Source: an uncultured candidate division Zixibacteria bacterium | Lineage (GTDB): Bacteria > Zixibacteria > MSB-5A5 > GN15 > FEB-12 | DNA length: 64,000 nucleotides | Direction: 5' to 3' | Assembly (NCBI GenBank): GCA_963806185.1 | Contig: CAWDXE010000004.1 | Coordinates: 1-64,000 of the forward strand | Part shown: one piece after another, positions 9,584 through 19,578 of the stretch | How the letters are laid out: each line of letters opens with the position of its first letter | How positions within the stretch are numbered: the first letter of the stretch is position 1 | The notes under the pieces: generated by a model | Database searches by the model: none | Told to the model about the DNA's origin: nothing | The model's input: the letters and a program-made list of their open reading frames with translations, nothing else | Translations under genes and position numbers: made by a program

Positions 9584-10124
9584 TGAAATGGACGACATGC
9601 CACAGTCCGACGATTTGGCTGGAAAGGACCGGGTGGACGATCTGCTTGCCGCCGCAGACGACGAATCGAAGGCGGCCGTCAAGACCGTCAACGAAGGCGA
9701 CGCGTCAGAGAATGACGCCGAAGCGGCGATGCTGGCCATGCTCGATGAACTTCCCCAGGAGGAGTCAAAGGCTCGCCCGGAGGACATAAATTTCGGCGCT
9801 ACCTCGGTCTCAAAGGCGGAATTTCAGCAGTTGCAGCAAAGCGCCGGCGCACAGTCGCCGCGCAATATCGACCTGCTCATGGACGTCGATCTGCCGGTAT
9901 CAATTGAATTGGGGCGAACCAAAATGTCAATTTCTGATATTCTTGCGCTCGGCCCCGGTTCGGTGGTGGAACTCAACAAGCTGGCCGGCGAACCAGTCGA
10001 CCTACTGGTCAACTACAAGGTGGTTGCACGGGGCGAAGTCGTAGTTGTGGATGAAAACTTCGGTCTGCGCATCACTCAGCTCATGACCCCCGAAGAAAGG
10101 CTGCGGTCACTGGCCAATGAATAA
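9576..10124 (+). CDS. fliN: Flagellar motor switch protein FliN
   Basis: NIDLLMDVDLPVSIELGRT...GSVVELNKLAGEPVD...GEVVVVDENFGLRIT. Confidence 0.95.
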   Translation: MADEMDDMPQSDDLAGKDRVDDLLAAADDESKAAVKTVNEGDASENDAEAAMLAMLDELPQEESKARPEDINFGATSVSKAEFQQLQQSAGAQSPRNIDLLMDVDLPVSIELGRTKMSISDILALGPGSVVELNKLAGEPVDLLVNYKVVARGEVVVVDENFGLRITQLMTPEERLRSLANE

Positions 10125-10725
10125 CCTGTCGCCCAGAAGCAAGACCATCCTGCTGTCTATTCTGCTGACTCTGGCGATTGTCGCCGTGATCGGCTTCAAT
10201 CTGAGTCGAAGCGGCCTGCCCGAGGTAACTGCACAGCGTTTGACCGCGCTCGGTCATGCTTCCCAGCCGGAATTCATCGGGCCGCCTGAGGCGCCGCCTG
10301 CTGTTCCGGCCTCTCCGAGCTACCAGTCCTCCGCCATGGCGATCGTCAAAATGCTCGGCGCCCTTGCCCTGGTCATTGTTTGTATCTACGGCGGGTTGCA
10401 CCTGGTCAAGAAGTCTATGGGGCGGATGCAGCGACAGGCCGGTCGCAGCAAAATGATCGAAGTACTCGAAACGCAATACGTCGGCCCCAAGAAGGCCGTT
10501 TCCCTGGTGCGGGTCGGCAACCGTGCGGTACTGCTCGGTGTGACCGATGGAACCATCAATGTACTGACTGAACTCACACCGGACGAACTGGTGATTCAGG
10601 GCACCGAAGTATCGGCGACTCTCGCGTCACCGGTGAAAGTGAATTTTGCCGCGTCGCTGAAGAAGGCGGCGGGGGAGACCATACGGTCATTCCGGCACAA
10701 ACGAGCCGTTGTCGGGACACAGTGA
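10117..10725 (+). CDS. fliO: Flagellar biosynthesis protein FliO/FliZ
   Basis: TM helix, then IEVLETQYVGPKKAVSLVRVGNRAVLLGVTD; lies between fliN and fliP. Confidence 0.88.
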   Translation: MNNLSPRSKTILLSILLTLAIVAVIGFNLSRSGLPEVTAQRLTALGHASQPEFIGPPEAPPAVPASPSYQSSAMAIVKMLGALALVIVCIYGGLHLVKKSMGRMQRQAGRSKMIEVLETQYVGPKKAVSLVRVGNRAVLLGVTDGTINVLTELTPDELVIQGTEVSATLASPVKVNFAASLKKAAGETIRSFRHKRAVVGTQ

Positions 10726-10810
10726 GTGTTCCGGAGTGGTCGCCGGCTTAGGATGAGACGGCGACAATGGTTGCGGCATGGATGCTGCGACGACAGAAAG
10801 CATATAGGAT

Positions 10811-11567
10811 ATGATCAAACGACTACTTCGCGGTGCTCCGCTCGCGCTCGCGGCCCTCATGCTGACCGTGACTTCCACGGCGGCCCAGACAATTCCGAAG
10901 ATCTCGGTTGAGGTCGGTCAGGCCAATAAACCGGGCGATCTTTCCGTTACCCTGCAAATCGTCATCCTGATGACCGTCCTGGCGCTGGCGCCGTCGATTC
11001 TGATGATGATCACGTCGTTCATCCGGATCACGGTGGTGCTTTCGTTCCTGCGGCATGCCATCGGTACGCAGCAAATGCCGCCCAACCAACTACTGGTCGG
11101 GCTGGCTTTGATTCTGACCTTCTTCATCATGGCGCCGATCGGCACCAAATCGTACAACGAGGGGATCAAACCGTACCTGGATCAGAAAATCACCAAGGAA
11201 GAGGCCTTTGACAAAGCAGTGGCGCCGTTCCGCAAATTCATGCTGGCGCAGACGCGCGAACAGGATCTGGCGCTCTTTGTCAATATGGCCGAGCTGCCGG
11301 CGCCCAATAACGCCGACGACATTCCGCTGCACGTGCTGGTGCCCGGGTTTCGTGATCTCAGAACTGCGTACGGCGTTTCAGATATCGTTCGTCATTTTCA
11401 TTCCGTTTCTGGTCATCGACATGGTCGTGTCGGCGGTGCTGATGTCGATGGGTATGATGATGCTGCCGCCGACCGTCGTCTCTCTGCCGTTCAAGATTCT
11501 GCTGTTCGTGCTGGTCGACGGCTGGTATCTGCTGGTCAAGTCGCTTGTGGAATCGTTCAAGATGTGA
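10811..11567 (+). pseudogene. fliP: Flagellar export protein FliP, frameshifted as sequenced (one extra base near 11345-11350; probably a read error)
   Basis: TSFIRITVVLSFLRHAIGTQQMPPNQ in one frame; [14 protein letters not shown]...[16 protein letters not shown] continues in the next frame to TGA 11567. Confidence 0.92.
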
Positions 11568-11578
11568 GGGACTGGACC

Positions 11579-11849
11579 ATGACTCCGCAAATGGTGGTAA
11601 GTATTGGACGCGAGGCACTCATGGTGACGCTGCTGGTATCGGCGCCGATGCTGATCTTCGGACTGGTTATCGGTCTGGTGATTTCGATCTTTCAGGCGGT
11701 CACACAGATCAACGAAATGACGCTGACGTTCGTCCCCAAGATTCTGGCGGTGGCGCTGGCGCTGCTGATCTTTCTTGCCCTGGATGATCAACATGCTGAC
11801 CGATTTCACGCGTCACATGTTCGCGCTGATCCCCGGATTGGTCGGATAA
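11579..11849 (+). pseudogene. fliQ: Flagellar export protein FliQ, frameshifted as sequenced (extra base near 11771)
   Basis: MTPQMVVSIGREAL...ISIFQAVTQINEMTLTFVPK; shifted tail LPWMINMLTDFTRHMFALIPGLVG* ends at 11849. Confidence 0.9.
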
Positions 11850-12005
11850 TATCGGCAGACCGACCCGGAAGCTTTTGAACTTTTTTCCTACAGCGCTGGT
11901 AATTCTTTCCACAATCTCCGCGAAAATAGACTTTTCCAGTTCCGTCGCCGCTCGTAAGTAGCGCAAGAGCAATCACTTAACAAGCCTTCATATGCCGTTT
12001 CACTT

Positions 12006-12021
12006 TGGCACACCGTTTGAG
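12006..12021 (+). promoter_or_regulatory. Probable sigma54 promoter of fliR-flhB-flhA-flhF-flhG-fliA
   Basis: TGGCACACCGTTTGAG; GG at 12007-08; the -12 element reads TTGA rather than TTGC; lies in a 210-bp gap about 40 bp before fliR. Confidence 0.65.
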
Positions 12022-12061
12022 ATAACTCAACGCGATTAACCCGAAGTGCAGGACATAGGAC

Positions 12062-12850
12062 TTGTTTGACTTTATAACTTACGGCGCCGATCGACTCCAG
12101 ATTCTTCTTGCTCGTTCTCGTGCGAGCCTCCGGTGTCTTCCTGGTCTCGCCGATCTTCAGCAACCGCGTACTGCCGACTCAATTCAAGGTCGGCTTCGTC
12201 GTCCTGCTCTCGATTCTTCTCGTCACGGCCATGCCGACGATGACCATGCCGGTCACACTGTCGCTGGCCGATCTCGCGCTTCTCGTAGTAAAGGAACTGC
12301 TCGTGGGCATTTTGATCGGCACCATGTTCGCGCTCATCTTTTTCGCCGTCCAGTCGGCCAGTTCGATTGCCGGTTACCAGATGGGTCTCACGATGGCCAC
12401 TGTCATCGATCCGAGCACCCAGTCGGAGGACAATCCGGCGGGGCAGATCTGGTCGATGGTGGCGATGCTGATCTTTCTCGCGATCAACGGCCATCACCTG
12501 GTGCTTCGCGCTTTCTACGACAGCTATGAAGCGATCCCGGCCGGACAGGTAATTGTCAACGGCGCCACCGGTGAAATGATCATCAAGTACTCAGCTGGGT
12601 CATCACCACCGCCGTCAAGCTGTGTGCGCCGGTCATCGTCACCCTCTTTCTCACCGACCTCGCGCTGGGCGTGGTCTCCCGGATGATGCCGACGATGAAC
12701 GTGTTCATTCTCTCGTTTGGACTCAAGATCGCGGTCGGCCTGCTGGTCATCGCGATTTCTCTGCCGGCCTTCAACTACATGCTGACCAAAGCGACCGGCT
12801 ATATCAACGGCGAACTTCACCTGCTTTTGCAGACACTGGGAAAGGCCTAG
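12062..12850 (+). pseudogene. fliR: Flagellar export protein FliR with two frameshifts as sequenced (near 12101 and 12595)
   Basis: TTG start MFDFITYG; LVLVRASGVFLVSPIFS...KELLVG...GYQMGL...INGHH; third frame APVIVTLFLTDLALGVVSRMMPTMNVF ends TAG 12850; total span is 263 codons. Confidence 0.9.
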
Positions 12851-12856
12851 ATCACC

Positions 12857-13933
12857 ATGGCTGACGAAGCATTTGCCGAACGAACAGAACAGGCAACACC
12901 CAAGCGGCGCGAGAAAGCGCGCGAAGACGGTCAGGTCGCTCGATCAATGGATCTGAACGCGGCGGCCTGCATTCTGCTCGGGTTTTCGGCTCTGTTCCTG
13001 CTCGGTCCGCACATGGCCCAGCAGACCATGGCGATCATGCGTGACACGATGGCCAATGCACCGACCATCGCTCTGGCCGACCCGACCTTCGCCAAAGCGT
13101 TTGGCGACGCCATGATGTCGTTTTTCTGGATCACGCTCCCGGTCATGATGGCCCTGCTCGTGATCGGCGTCGGTTCCAACGTTGCCCAGGTCGGCTTCAA
13201 GATCAGCACCAAGTCGCTGGAGCCGAAGTTTGACAAGCTCGATGTCGCCAAGGGTCTGCGCCGCCTGTTCTCCATGCAGTCACTGGTCGTCATGCTCCGC
13301 GACACGCTGAAGCTCGTCGTGATCGGATTTGTCGCCTACAAAGCAATCAAAGCCGAGACGGATACTTTCTTTCTGCTGCCGGATATGTCGATCGAGCAGC
13401 TGGCTATCACCATGGGCAAGTTGGCGCTGGTCATCTCGCTCAAAATCGGTGGAGCCATTCTCGTGATCGCCATTCTCGATTACGTCTAGCAGCGATTCCA
13501 ATTTGAGAAATCGATCCGGATGTCAAAGCAGGAAATCAAGGACGAGTATCACGAGAGCGAAGGCTCGCCGCAGATCAAATCGCGCGTGCGCCAGATTCAG
13601 CGCGAAATGGCGCGCAAACGGATGATGGCTGCCGTCCCGCAGGCGGATGTCGTCATCACCAACCCGACTCACCTCGCGGTCGCCCTCAAGTACGATCCGG
13701 AAACGATGACTGCCCCGTTTGTGGTGGCCAAGGGTGAACGCTTGATCGCCCAGCGCATCAAGGAAATCGCCAACGAGCACGATATCCCGGTCATCGAAGA
13801 CAAACCGCTGGCCCGCGCCCTGTTCAAACTCTGCGATATCGGCCAGATGGTTCCGGCCACGCTGTACCGCGCGGTCGCTGAAGTGCTGGCCTATGTCTAC
13901 AAGCTGAACGGAAAGGAAGTACCTAGGTCGTGA
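12857..13933 (+). pseudogene. flhB: Flagellar export switch FlhB with an in-frame TAG at 13487-13489
   Basis: ERTEQATPKRREKAREDGQVARS...DYV*QRFQFEKSIRMSKQEIKDE...ITNPTHLAVAL (NPTH autocleavage motif); both halves are in the same frame. Confidence 0.93.
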
Positions 13934-16012
13934 GTGATACGCGCCCAACATTGTTGACCCAGTTGGCCAACCGCTCCGATATCGCTCTGGCGCTCGGCGT
14001 CATCGGCATTATCACCGTTTTGGTGATTCCGATTCCGACCGTCCTGCTCGACTTTGCCCTGGCGTTCAACATTACCTTCTCGCTGGTCGTCCTGCTGACC
14101 ACCCTGTACATCACGCGGCCGCTCGATCTGTCAGTCTTTCCGGGCATGCTGCTGATCGTCACCCTTATGCGCCTGGCGCTCAACGTCGCTTCGACCCGGT
14201 TGATTCTGGGTCACGGCTATGCCGGTGAAGTCATCAATTCGTTTGGAAACTTCGTCGTTCAGGGGAATTATGTCGTCGGCTTCATCATCTTCGTCATCCT
14301 GGTGATCATCCAGTTTGTCGTCATCACCAAGGGCGCCGGACGAATCTCCGAAGTGGCCGCCCGCTTCACGTTGGACGCCATGCCCGGCAAGCAGATGGCG
14401 ATCGACGCCGATCTGAACGCCGGCATCATCACCGAACAGGAGGCCCGTGACCGCCGCAGCGACATCGCCCGCGAAGCCGATTTCTACGGCGCGATGGACG
14501 GCGCCTCCAAGTTCGTGCGCGGCGACGCCATCGCCGGCATTCTCATCACGATTATCAACGTCATCGGCGGCTTTATCATTGGCGTCGCCATGAACGGCAT
14601 GTCGTTTACCGAAGCGCTGCGCACTTACGCACTGCTGTCAATCGGCGACGGTCTGGTCACCCAGATTCCGGCCCTGCTGGTCTCTACCGCCTCCGGTATC
14701 ATCGTCACCCGTGCCGCGTCGACTTCAAACATGGGCGCCGATCTGGTCAACCAGCTCACCCGACAGCCGCGCGCCATTCTGGTTGCCTCCGGGGTGCTCA
14801 TCCTCTTCGGCCTTGTGCCGGGGATGCCGACCATCACGTTTATGGTTATCGGCCTGATGGTTGGCGGTCTCGGCTACCTCACTCGCGAAGCCAGCCGCAC
14901 CCGCGCCGCAAAGAGCTGGAAACCGCGCAGCAGAAAGCAGGCCAAGCCGGTCGCAGCCAAGGAACGAACTGAAGATCTCCTCAAGGTTGACACCATTGGT
15001 CTTGAAATCGGCTACGGACTCATTCCGATGGTTGACGCCAATCAGGGTGGCGATCTTCTCGACCGTATCGCTACCGTTCGCAGTCAGGTGGCCTCCGAAC
15101 TGGGCATCGTCGTCCCGCCGATTCGCATTCGCGACAACGTCCAACTCCGGCCGAACGAATATCAGATCAAGATCAAAGGCATCAAGGTTGCGTCGTTTGA
15201 ATTGATGGTCGACCACCTGCTGGCGATCAACCCGGGCTTGGTTGAAGAGAACCTCGACGGTTTCGACACCAAGGAGCCGGCCTTTGGACTCGCGGCTACC
15301 TGGATTCTGCCCACCTTGAAAGATCTGGCCGAAGCACGCAATTACACGGTGGTCGAGCCGTCGGCGGTCATCGCTACGCATATCACTGAAATCATTCGTT
15401 CGTCGGCCGGCGAAATCGTGACGCGCCAGGATGTCCGTCATCTCGTCGACACACTCAAAGAGGATTATCCGGCGCTGGTCGATTCGGTCGTACCCGAAGT
15501 TGTCACTCTCGGACACGCTCCACAAGGTGTTGCAGTCGCTTCTGGCTGAGCGCGTACCGGTGCGTGATCTGCCCACGATTGTCGAAACGCTCTCCGATTA
15601 CGCCGGCTCTACGAAGGACACCGACGTCATGGCCGAGTACGTCCGCATGGCGCTTAAACGCCAGATCAGCGAGTTGTACAAGGACAACACCGGCCGCATC
15701 AACGTCTTCACGATCGACCCGGCGCTCGAACAGCAACTCTCCGATTCCGTGCAGAGCACCAAGCAGGGACTCATGCTCGTGTGTGACCCGGCTCTTTCCG
15801 ATGCCGTCATCAAAGCGGTCGGCGAGCAGGTCATCAGGATGCAGAATCTCGGCCTTACGCCGGTCTGCATCTGCTCCCCTAACGTTCGCCTTGCTCTGCG
15901 TCGCTTGCTTGAACCGACCCAGCGCGCGCTGGCGGTTGTCTCTTACAACGAAATGCTCCCCAATGTGGATATCGTCTCCCTCGGCATGGTGAAGGTGCAA
16001 AATGATAATTAA
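13930..16012 (+). pseudogene. flhA: Flagellar export protein FlhA, frameshifted as sequenced (near 15512)
   Basis: RLALNVASTRLIL, EVAARFTLDAMPGKQMAIDADL, FYGAMDGASKFVRGD; the C-terminus LHKVLQSLLAERVPVRDL...VVSYNE is in the next frame. Confidence 0.95.
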
Positions 16013-17119
16013 GTCGTTTACCGGCGATTCCGTCGCCACTGCGCTCAAAAAGGTCCGCGTCGAAATGGGCGGCGATGCCGTCGTGTTGAAGACGCGCCAG
16101 ATCGCCGATCAGGGTGACGGCAACACGGTCGAAATCACCGCCTGTCTTGACAAACCGTCGACTGCGCAGGCGAACAAGATGTTGACCGCCAAACCGAAAA
16201 CCGCGGCGGCAGCGACGGAGCGGCCAACTAACCGGTTGACGGCGGCCTTCGCGCCTGAACGCGTGAATGTTCACACCGCAGTGAAGACAGAGTCGCCGAA
16301 CCCGGCTCTCTCGACCATTGAGAAGAAGCTCGACGAACTGCTGAAGTTCCACACGGCGACGGCTCAACCGGCGGCATCCGTGATTCAGGAGTCTCCGGTC
16401 GTCCAGGCACTGCGCAACGCTGATTTCAGCGAACAGGCGATTGCCGATATGCTCGTCAAGAACGCCGGTCAATCGGATCGTGTCGAGGATTGGGCTGCGC
16501 CGCTGGCCGCCTGGATTGAAACTCTTATTGACAGCAAGACAAACTTTTCCGCCGGCGATCGTATTGCTTTCGTCGGTGCGTCCGGGGCAGGGAAAACCTC
16601 TGCTCTGGGGAAATTAACCGCGTATCTGCTTTCGCGGAAACAGTCGGTGGTCCTGGCGACCGCCGACGCCGGCAAAGTCGGCGCCATCGATGAGATGTAC
16701 AGCTACGCCGATTTGCTCGGAGCGACGATCGCTCGAATCGGCTCCGGACATGGCGTCCGAGAGCTACAATCGCAAGCATCTCCTCATCGACACGTCGAAT
16801 GGCCTGGCCAAGGATATCGACCGGCTCGAAAAAGGCGCTCGATACCTGGCGGCCGACTCATCGCCTGCTCGTCTGCTCGGCCTTGACTCGTCAGACTGAC
16901 CTGGTGCGTCACACCAAGGCTACGTCTGTGCTTGCTCCGACGCAGGTCATTATGACGATGACTGACCAGACACACTGTCTGGGCGGCGTGCTTTCCATCT
17001 GCTTCGAAAACAACTACCCGTTGCTGTTCGTAGCCAACGGCCCAAGCGGCGTTGGCTTTCTCACGACCCCCGACTCTCAGGCGCTGGCTATGCAGATTCT
17101 GTCCGGAGGTGCTCGATGA
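16002..17119 (+). pseudogene. flhF: SRP-family GTPase FlhF with two frameshifts as sequenced (near 16730 and 16830)
   Basis: MIIKSF...ALKKVRVEMGGDAVVL; P-loop GASGAGKTSALGKL; LLIDTS in a second frame; MTMTDQT...LLFVANG in a third frame. Confidence 0.88.
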
Positions 17120-17949
17120 ACCGTCTCACCTTCAAGAATCACCAGGCGTGCCGCGTGATTTCCGTCCTATCGGGTAAGGGTGGCGTCGGCAAGTCGGTCA
17201 TCGCCTTCAATCTGGCGCACCAGTTGGCCGAAGGCGGCGCTCGCATCCTGTTGGTCGACGGCGATCAGAGCTGCGGCAACCTGCACATTCTGGCCGGCGT
17301 GCACCCGAAAGTCGGCGTGCTGCAATATCGCTCCGGACTGCTCTCGCTGGCCGAATCCGTTTCACCTTTCGCGGACGACTTTGACCTGTTGGCGCAGACC
17401 ACCAACAGCCCCTCCGACGACGCTGCCGTGATCGCCACAGCCGAATTTGTCGGCGCGCTGCGTCGCGACTCGGCGTCGTATGATGCGATTATCATCGATT
17501 ACAGCTCGGGTATTTCCCAGTCGGCCACCGTGATGGCTCACGGCTCCGATCTGGCGGTGCTCGTACTCGTGCCGGAATTGACGTCGATTGCCGACGTCTA
17601 CGGTCTCTACAAGTATTTGATTCAGGCTAATCGCAATCTCGAATGTCGCCTGCTGATCAACCGGTGCGAGTCAATCGACGAGGCCCGGTACATCCGCAAT
17701 AAGCTGTTCGCCGCCACCGATCGGTTCCTCGGCCGCATGCCCGGTTTTGCCGGCTGGTTGCCCGAGGACGCGGCAGTACGCAAGTCCGTTGCTATACAAA
17801 GACCAGTCAGCGCCGTCAATTCCGGCAGCCCCTTTGTGCAGGGATTGAACAATATCGCCCGCGTAGTGCTCAGGGCGACGCCCGGCGCCGATGAACCCAT
17901 TCACCTGCAAATAAATAATCACCCGGCAACCGCCGATAAAGGAAACTAA
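17116..17949 (+). CDS. flhG: MinD-like ATPase FlhG/FleN
   Basis: Deviant Walker A SGKGGVGKS; PELTSIADVY; lies between flhF and fliA. Confidence 0.9.
   Translation: MNRLTFKNHQACRVISVLSGKGGVGKSVIAFNLAHQLAEGGARILLVDGDQSCGNLHILAGVHPKVGVLQYRSGLLSLAESVSPFADDFDLLAQTTNSPSDDAAVIATAEFVGALRRDSASYDAIIIDYSSGISQSATVMAHGSDLAVLVLVPELTSIADVYGLYKYLIQANRNLECRLLINRCESIDEARYIRNKLFAATDRFLGRMPGFAGWLPEDAAVRKSVAIQRPVSAVNSGSPFVQGLNNIARVVLRATPGADEPIHLQINNHPATADKGN
17912..17939 (+). promoter_or_regulatory. sigma28 promoter inside the flhG 3' end, upstream of fliA
   Basis: TAAA-N16-GCCGATAA, a perfect match to both boxes, ending 17 bp before the fliA ATG. Confidence 0.75.
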
Positions 17950-17956
17950 ACCACCC

Positions 17957-18829
17957 ATGGCTACAACAATTAAAAAGACTCCGGCGAAGCGCGGCCGCAA
18001 GGCCAAGACGCTCTTTGCTACTCGTGTCTCTACGGTTGATGCCGAAACCAAGGCCAAGCGTCAGGAAACTGCCGCCCGCAATTGGAGTCGGTTCCGCAAG
18101 ACCGGCAGCGATGAAGACCGCCAGAAGCTTCTTCAGACCTATCTTCCCCTGGTACGTAATGTCGCTACGCGCATGGCGATGGGCTTTCCGCGCTCGGTTG
18201 AGTTGACTGATCTGATCAACACCGGCGTCATCGGACTGATCGAGGCCTTCGGCAATTTCGACCCGAGTCGCGGTGTGAAATTTGAAACCTATGCCGTGCC
18301 GCGTATTCGCGGCGCGATACTTGACGAATTGCGCGCCCTTGACTGGGTGCCGCGTTCCACGCGCGCTCGCTCGCGCGAAATCGACCGTGCCACCGTCTCG
18401 CTCGAAAACGTGTTGGGACGGCCGCCGGAAGTGAACGAATTGGCCAAACACCTTAGAATCTCGGAGCAGGAATTGCACCATTCCCTGGACGACGTCGCGT
18501 GCACCAACATGCTGTCGCTGGATGAAGTCATTTATCCGGAAGACGACAACCGCCAGGTGCCGCGCATTGAGACGGTCAAAGATGACTCCAGCCGGAGCAT
18601 CCTTGGCGAAATCGAACGCGGCGAACTACGTTCGTTCCTGGTTGTGGCGATGGACCGGCTGACCGAACAGGAAAAGCTCGTGATCGCGCTGTACTACTTT
18701 GAAGAATTGACCCTGAAGGAGATCGGGGAAGTTATGTCGATCTCCGAGTCGCGCGTGTCGCAGATTCATACGCGGGCCGTACTGAAACTGCGGAACCTGG
18801 TACGCGAGAAATTTGCGCTCACAGCCTGA
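17957..18829 (+). CDS. fliA: RNA polymerase sigma factor FliA/WhiG (sigma28)
   Basis: DLINTGVIGLIEA, KFETYAVPRIRGAILDELRALDWVPRS, EELTLKEIGEVMSISESRVSQIH. Confidence 0.96.
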   Translation: MATTIKKTPAKRGRKAKTLFATRVSTVDAETKAKRQETAARNWSRFRKTGSDEDRQKLLQTYLPLVRNVATRMAMGFPRSVELTDLINTGVIGLIEAFGNFDPSRGVKFETYAVPRIRGAILDELRALDWVPRSTRARSREIDRATVSLENVLGRPPEVNELAKHLRISEQELHHSLDDVACTNMLSLDEVIYPEDDNRQVPRIETVKDDSSRSILGEIERGELRSFLVVAMDRLTEQEKLVIALYYFEELTLKEIGEVMSISESRVSQIHTRAVLKLRNLVREKFALTA

Positions 18830-18844
18830 GCGCGCGGAGGCGCT

Positions 18845-19147
18845 GTGTCTGACAATGTTGATCCGGTCGATCGGCTGTATCTGCCACCCACTCATGGTCG
18901 GGTGACGCCGCCGCAACACGCCGACAAAGACAGTCACCGGAAGTCAAACAGCGACCCCGACGAACAGTTTGAAGAGGAATTGGAAAAGAAGAAACGACAT
19001 GGGAAAGTCGATCACGTCGAACTCGCCACAGTTCCGCCGCCGGTTCAACCGACCGCCGAGGAAGAATCAGCCGCCGGCGATGACGCCGATAAACAAACCG
19101 AGGTTGAACCATCGCTCGGTACTGTACATGTCGATGTGAAAGCATAA
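18845..19147 (+). CDS. Hypothetical acidic, probably disordered protein
   Basis: GGAGG RBS with GTG start; fills the gap in the operon; ends HVDVKA. Confidence 0.6.
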   Translation: MSDNVDPVDRLYLPPTHGRVTPPQHADKDSHRKSNSDPDEQFEEELEKKKRHGKVDHVELATVPPPVQPTAEEESAAGDDADKQTEVEPSLGTVHVDVKA

Positions 19148-19163
19148 GGAATGCGAGGTAAAC

Positions 19164-19562
19164 ATGGATGTTTGGAATAGCACGAAGATCGACCTGGCCC
19201 TGCAAATGATCGGCTATCTGGCCGCCTGCGGTCTGGGTGTCATCATGTACTCTTTCCTGCGACCGGCCAAGCGAGTCAACATTGCAGCCGCCAATCGCGC
19301 GGTCAGCGCCGAAACGAGGCCGGAACCGCGCCAAAGACCCGACGAATCAACAGCCGAATTTATCAGTCTCGGTCGCCCGTCGGCCAAAGCTGCTTCCAGC
19401 CGATCGACCTCCATCCAGTCAGGTGGACGACGCAACAGGGCTGAAGTACTGGATTTGGCGCGACGGATGATCCGCGCCGGCGCCGATGAAGACGTCATCC
19501 GCCGAACCGTGCCTGTCTCGGACGGCGAACTGGCAATGCTTAAGAACGAACAATCTCTCTGA
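19164..19562 (+). CDS. Membrane-anchored protein with C-terminal HTH-like domain (DUF2802-like)
   Basis: GAGG RBS; N-terminal TM helix; C-terminal LARRMIRAGADEDVIRRTVPVSDGELAML. Confidence 0.6.
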   Translation: MDVWNSTKIDLALQMIGYLAACGLGVIMYSFLRPAKRVNIAAANRAVSAETRPEPRQRPDESTAEFISLGRPSAKAASSRSTSIQSGGRRNRAEVLDLARRMIRAGADEDVIRRTVPVSDGELAMLKNEQSL

Positions 19563-19578
19563 GGTATAGGAGCTAATC

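Noticed and set aside
10811..11878. FliP-FliQ fusion protein (355-aa ORF)
   Set aside because: It is an artefact of the fliP frameshift running into the fliQ frame; fliP has its own stop at 11567 and fliQ its own start
13487..13489. TAG reassignment or pyrrolysine suggested by the flhB amber codon
   Set aside because: TAG is the normal stop of mtaB, fliK, fliL and fliR in this window, and no pyl genes are visible
11340..16840. Programmed frameshifting or phase variation of export genes
   Set aside because: The lesions are not in long homopolymers or a common slippery motif, and there are too many for a regulatory switch
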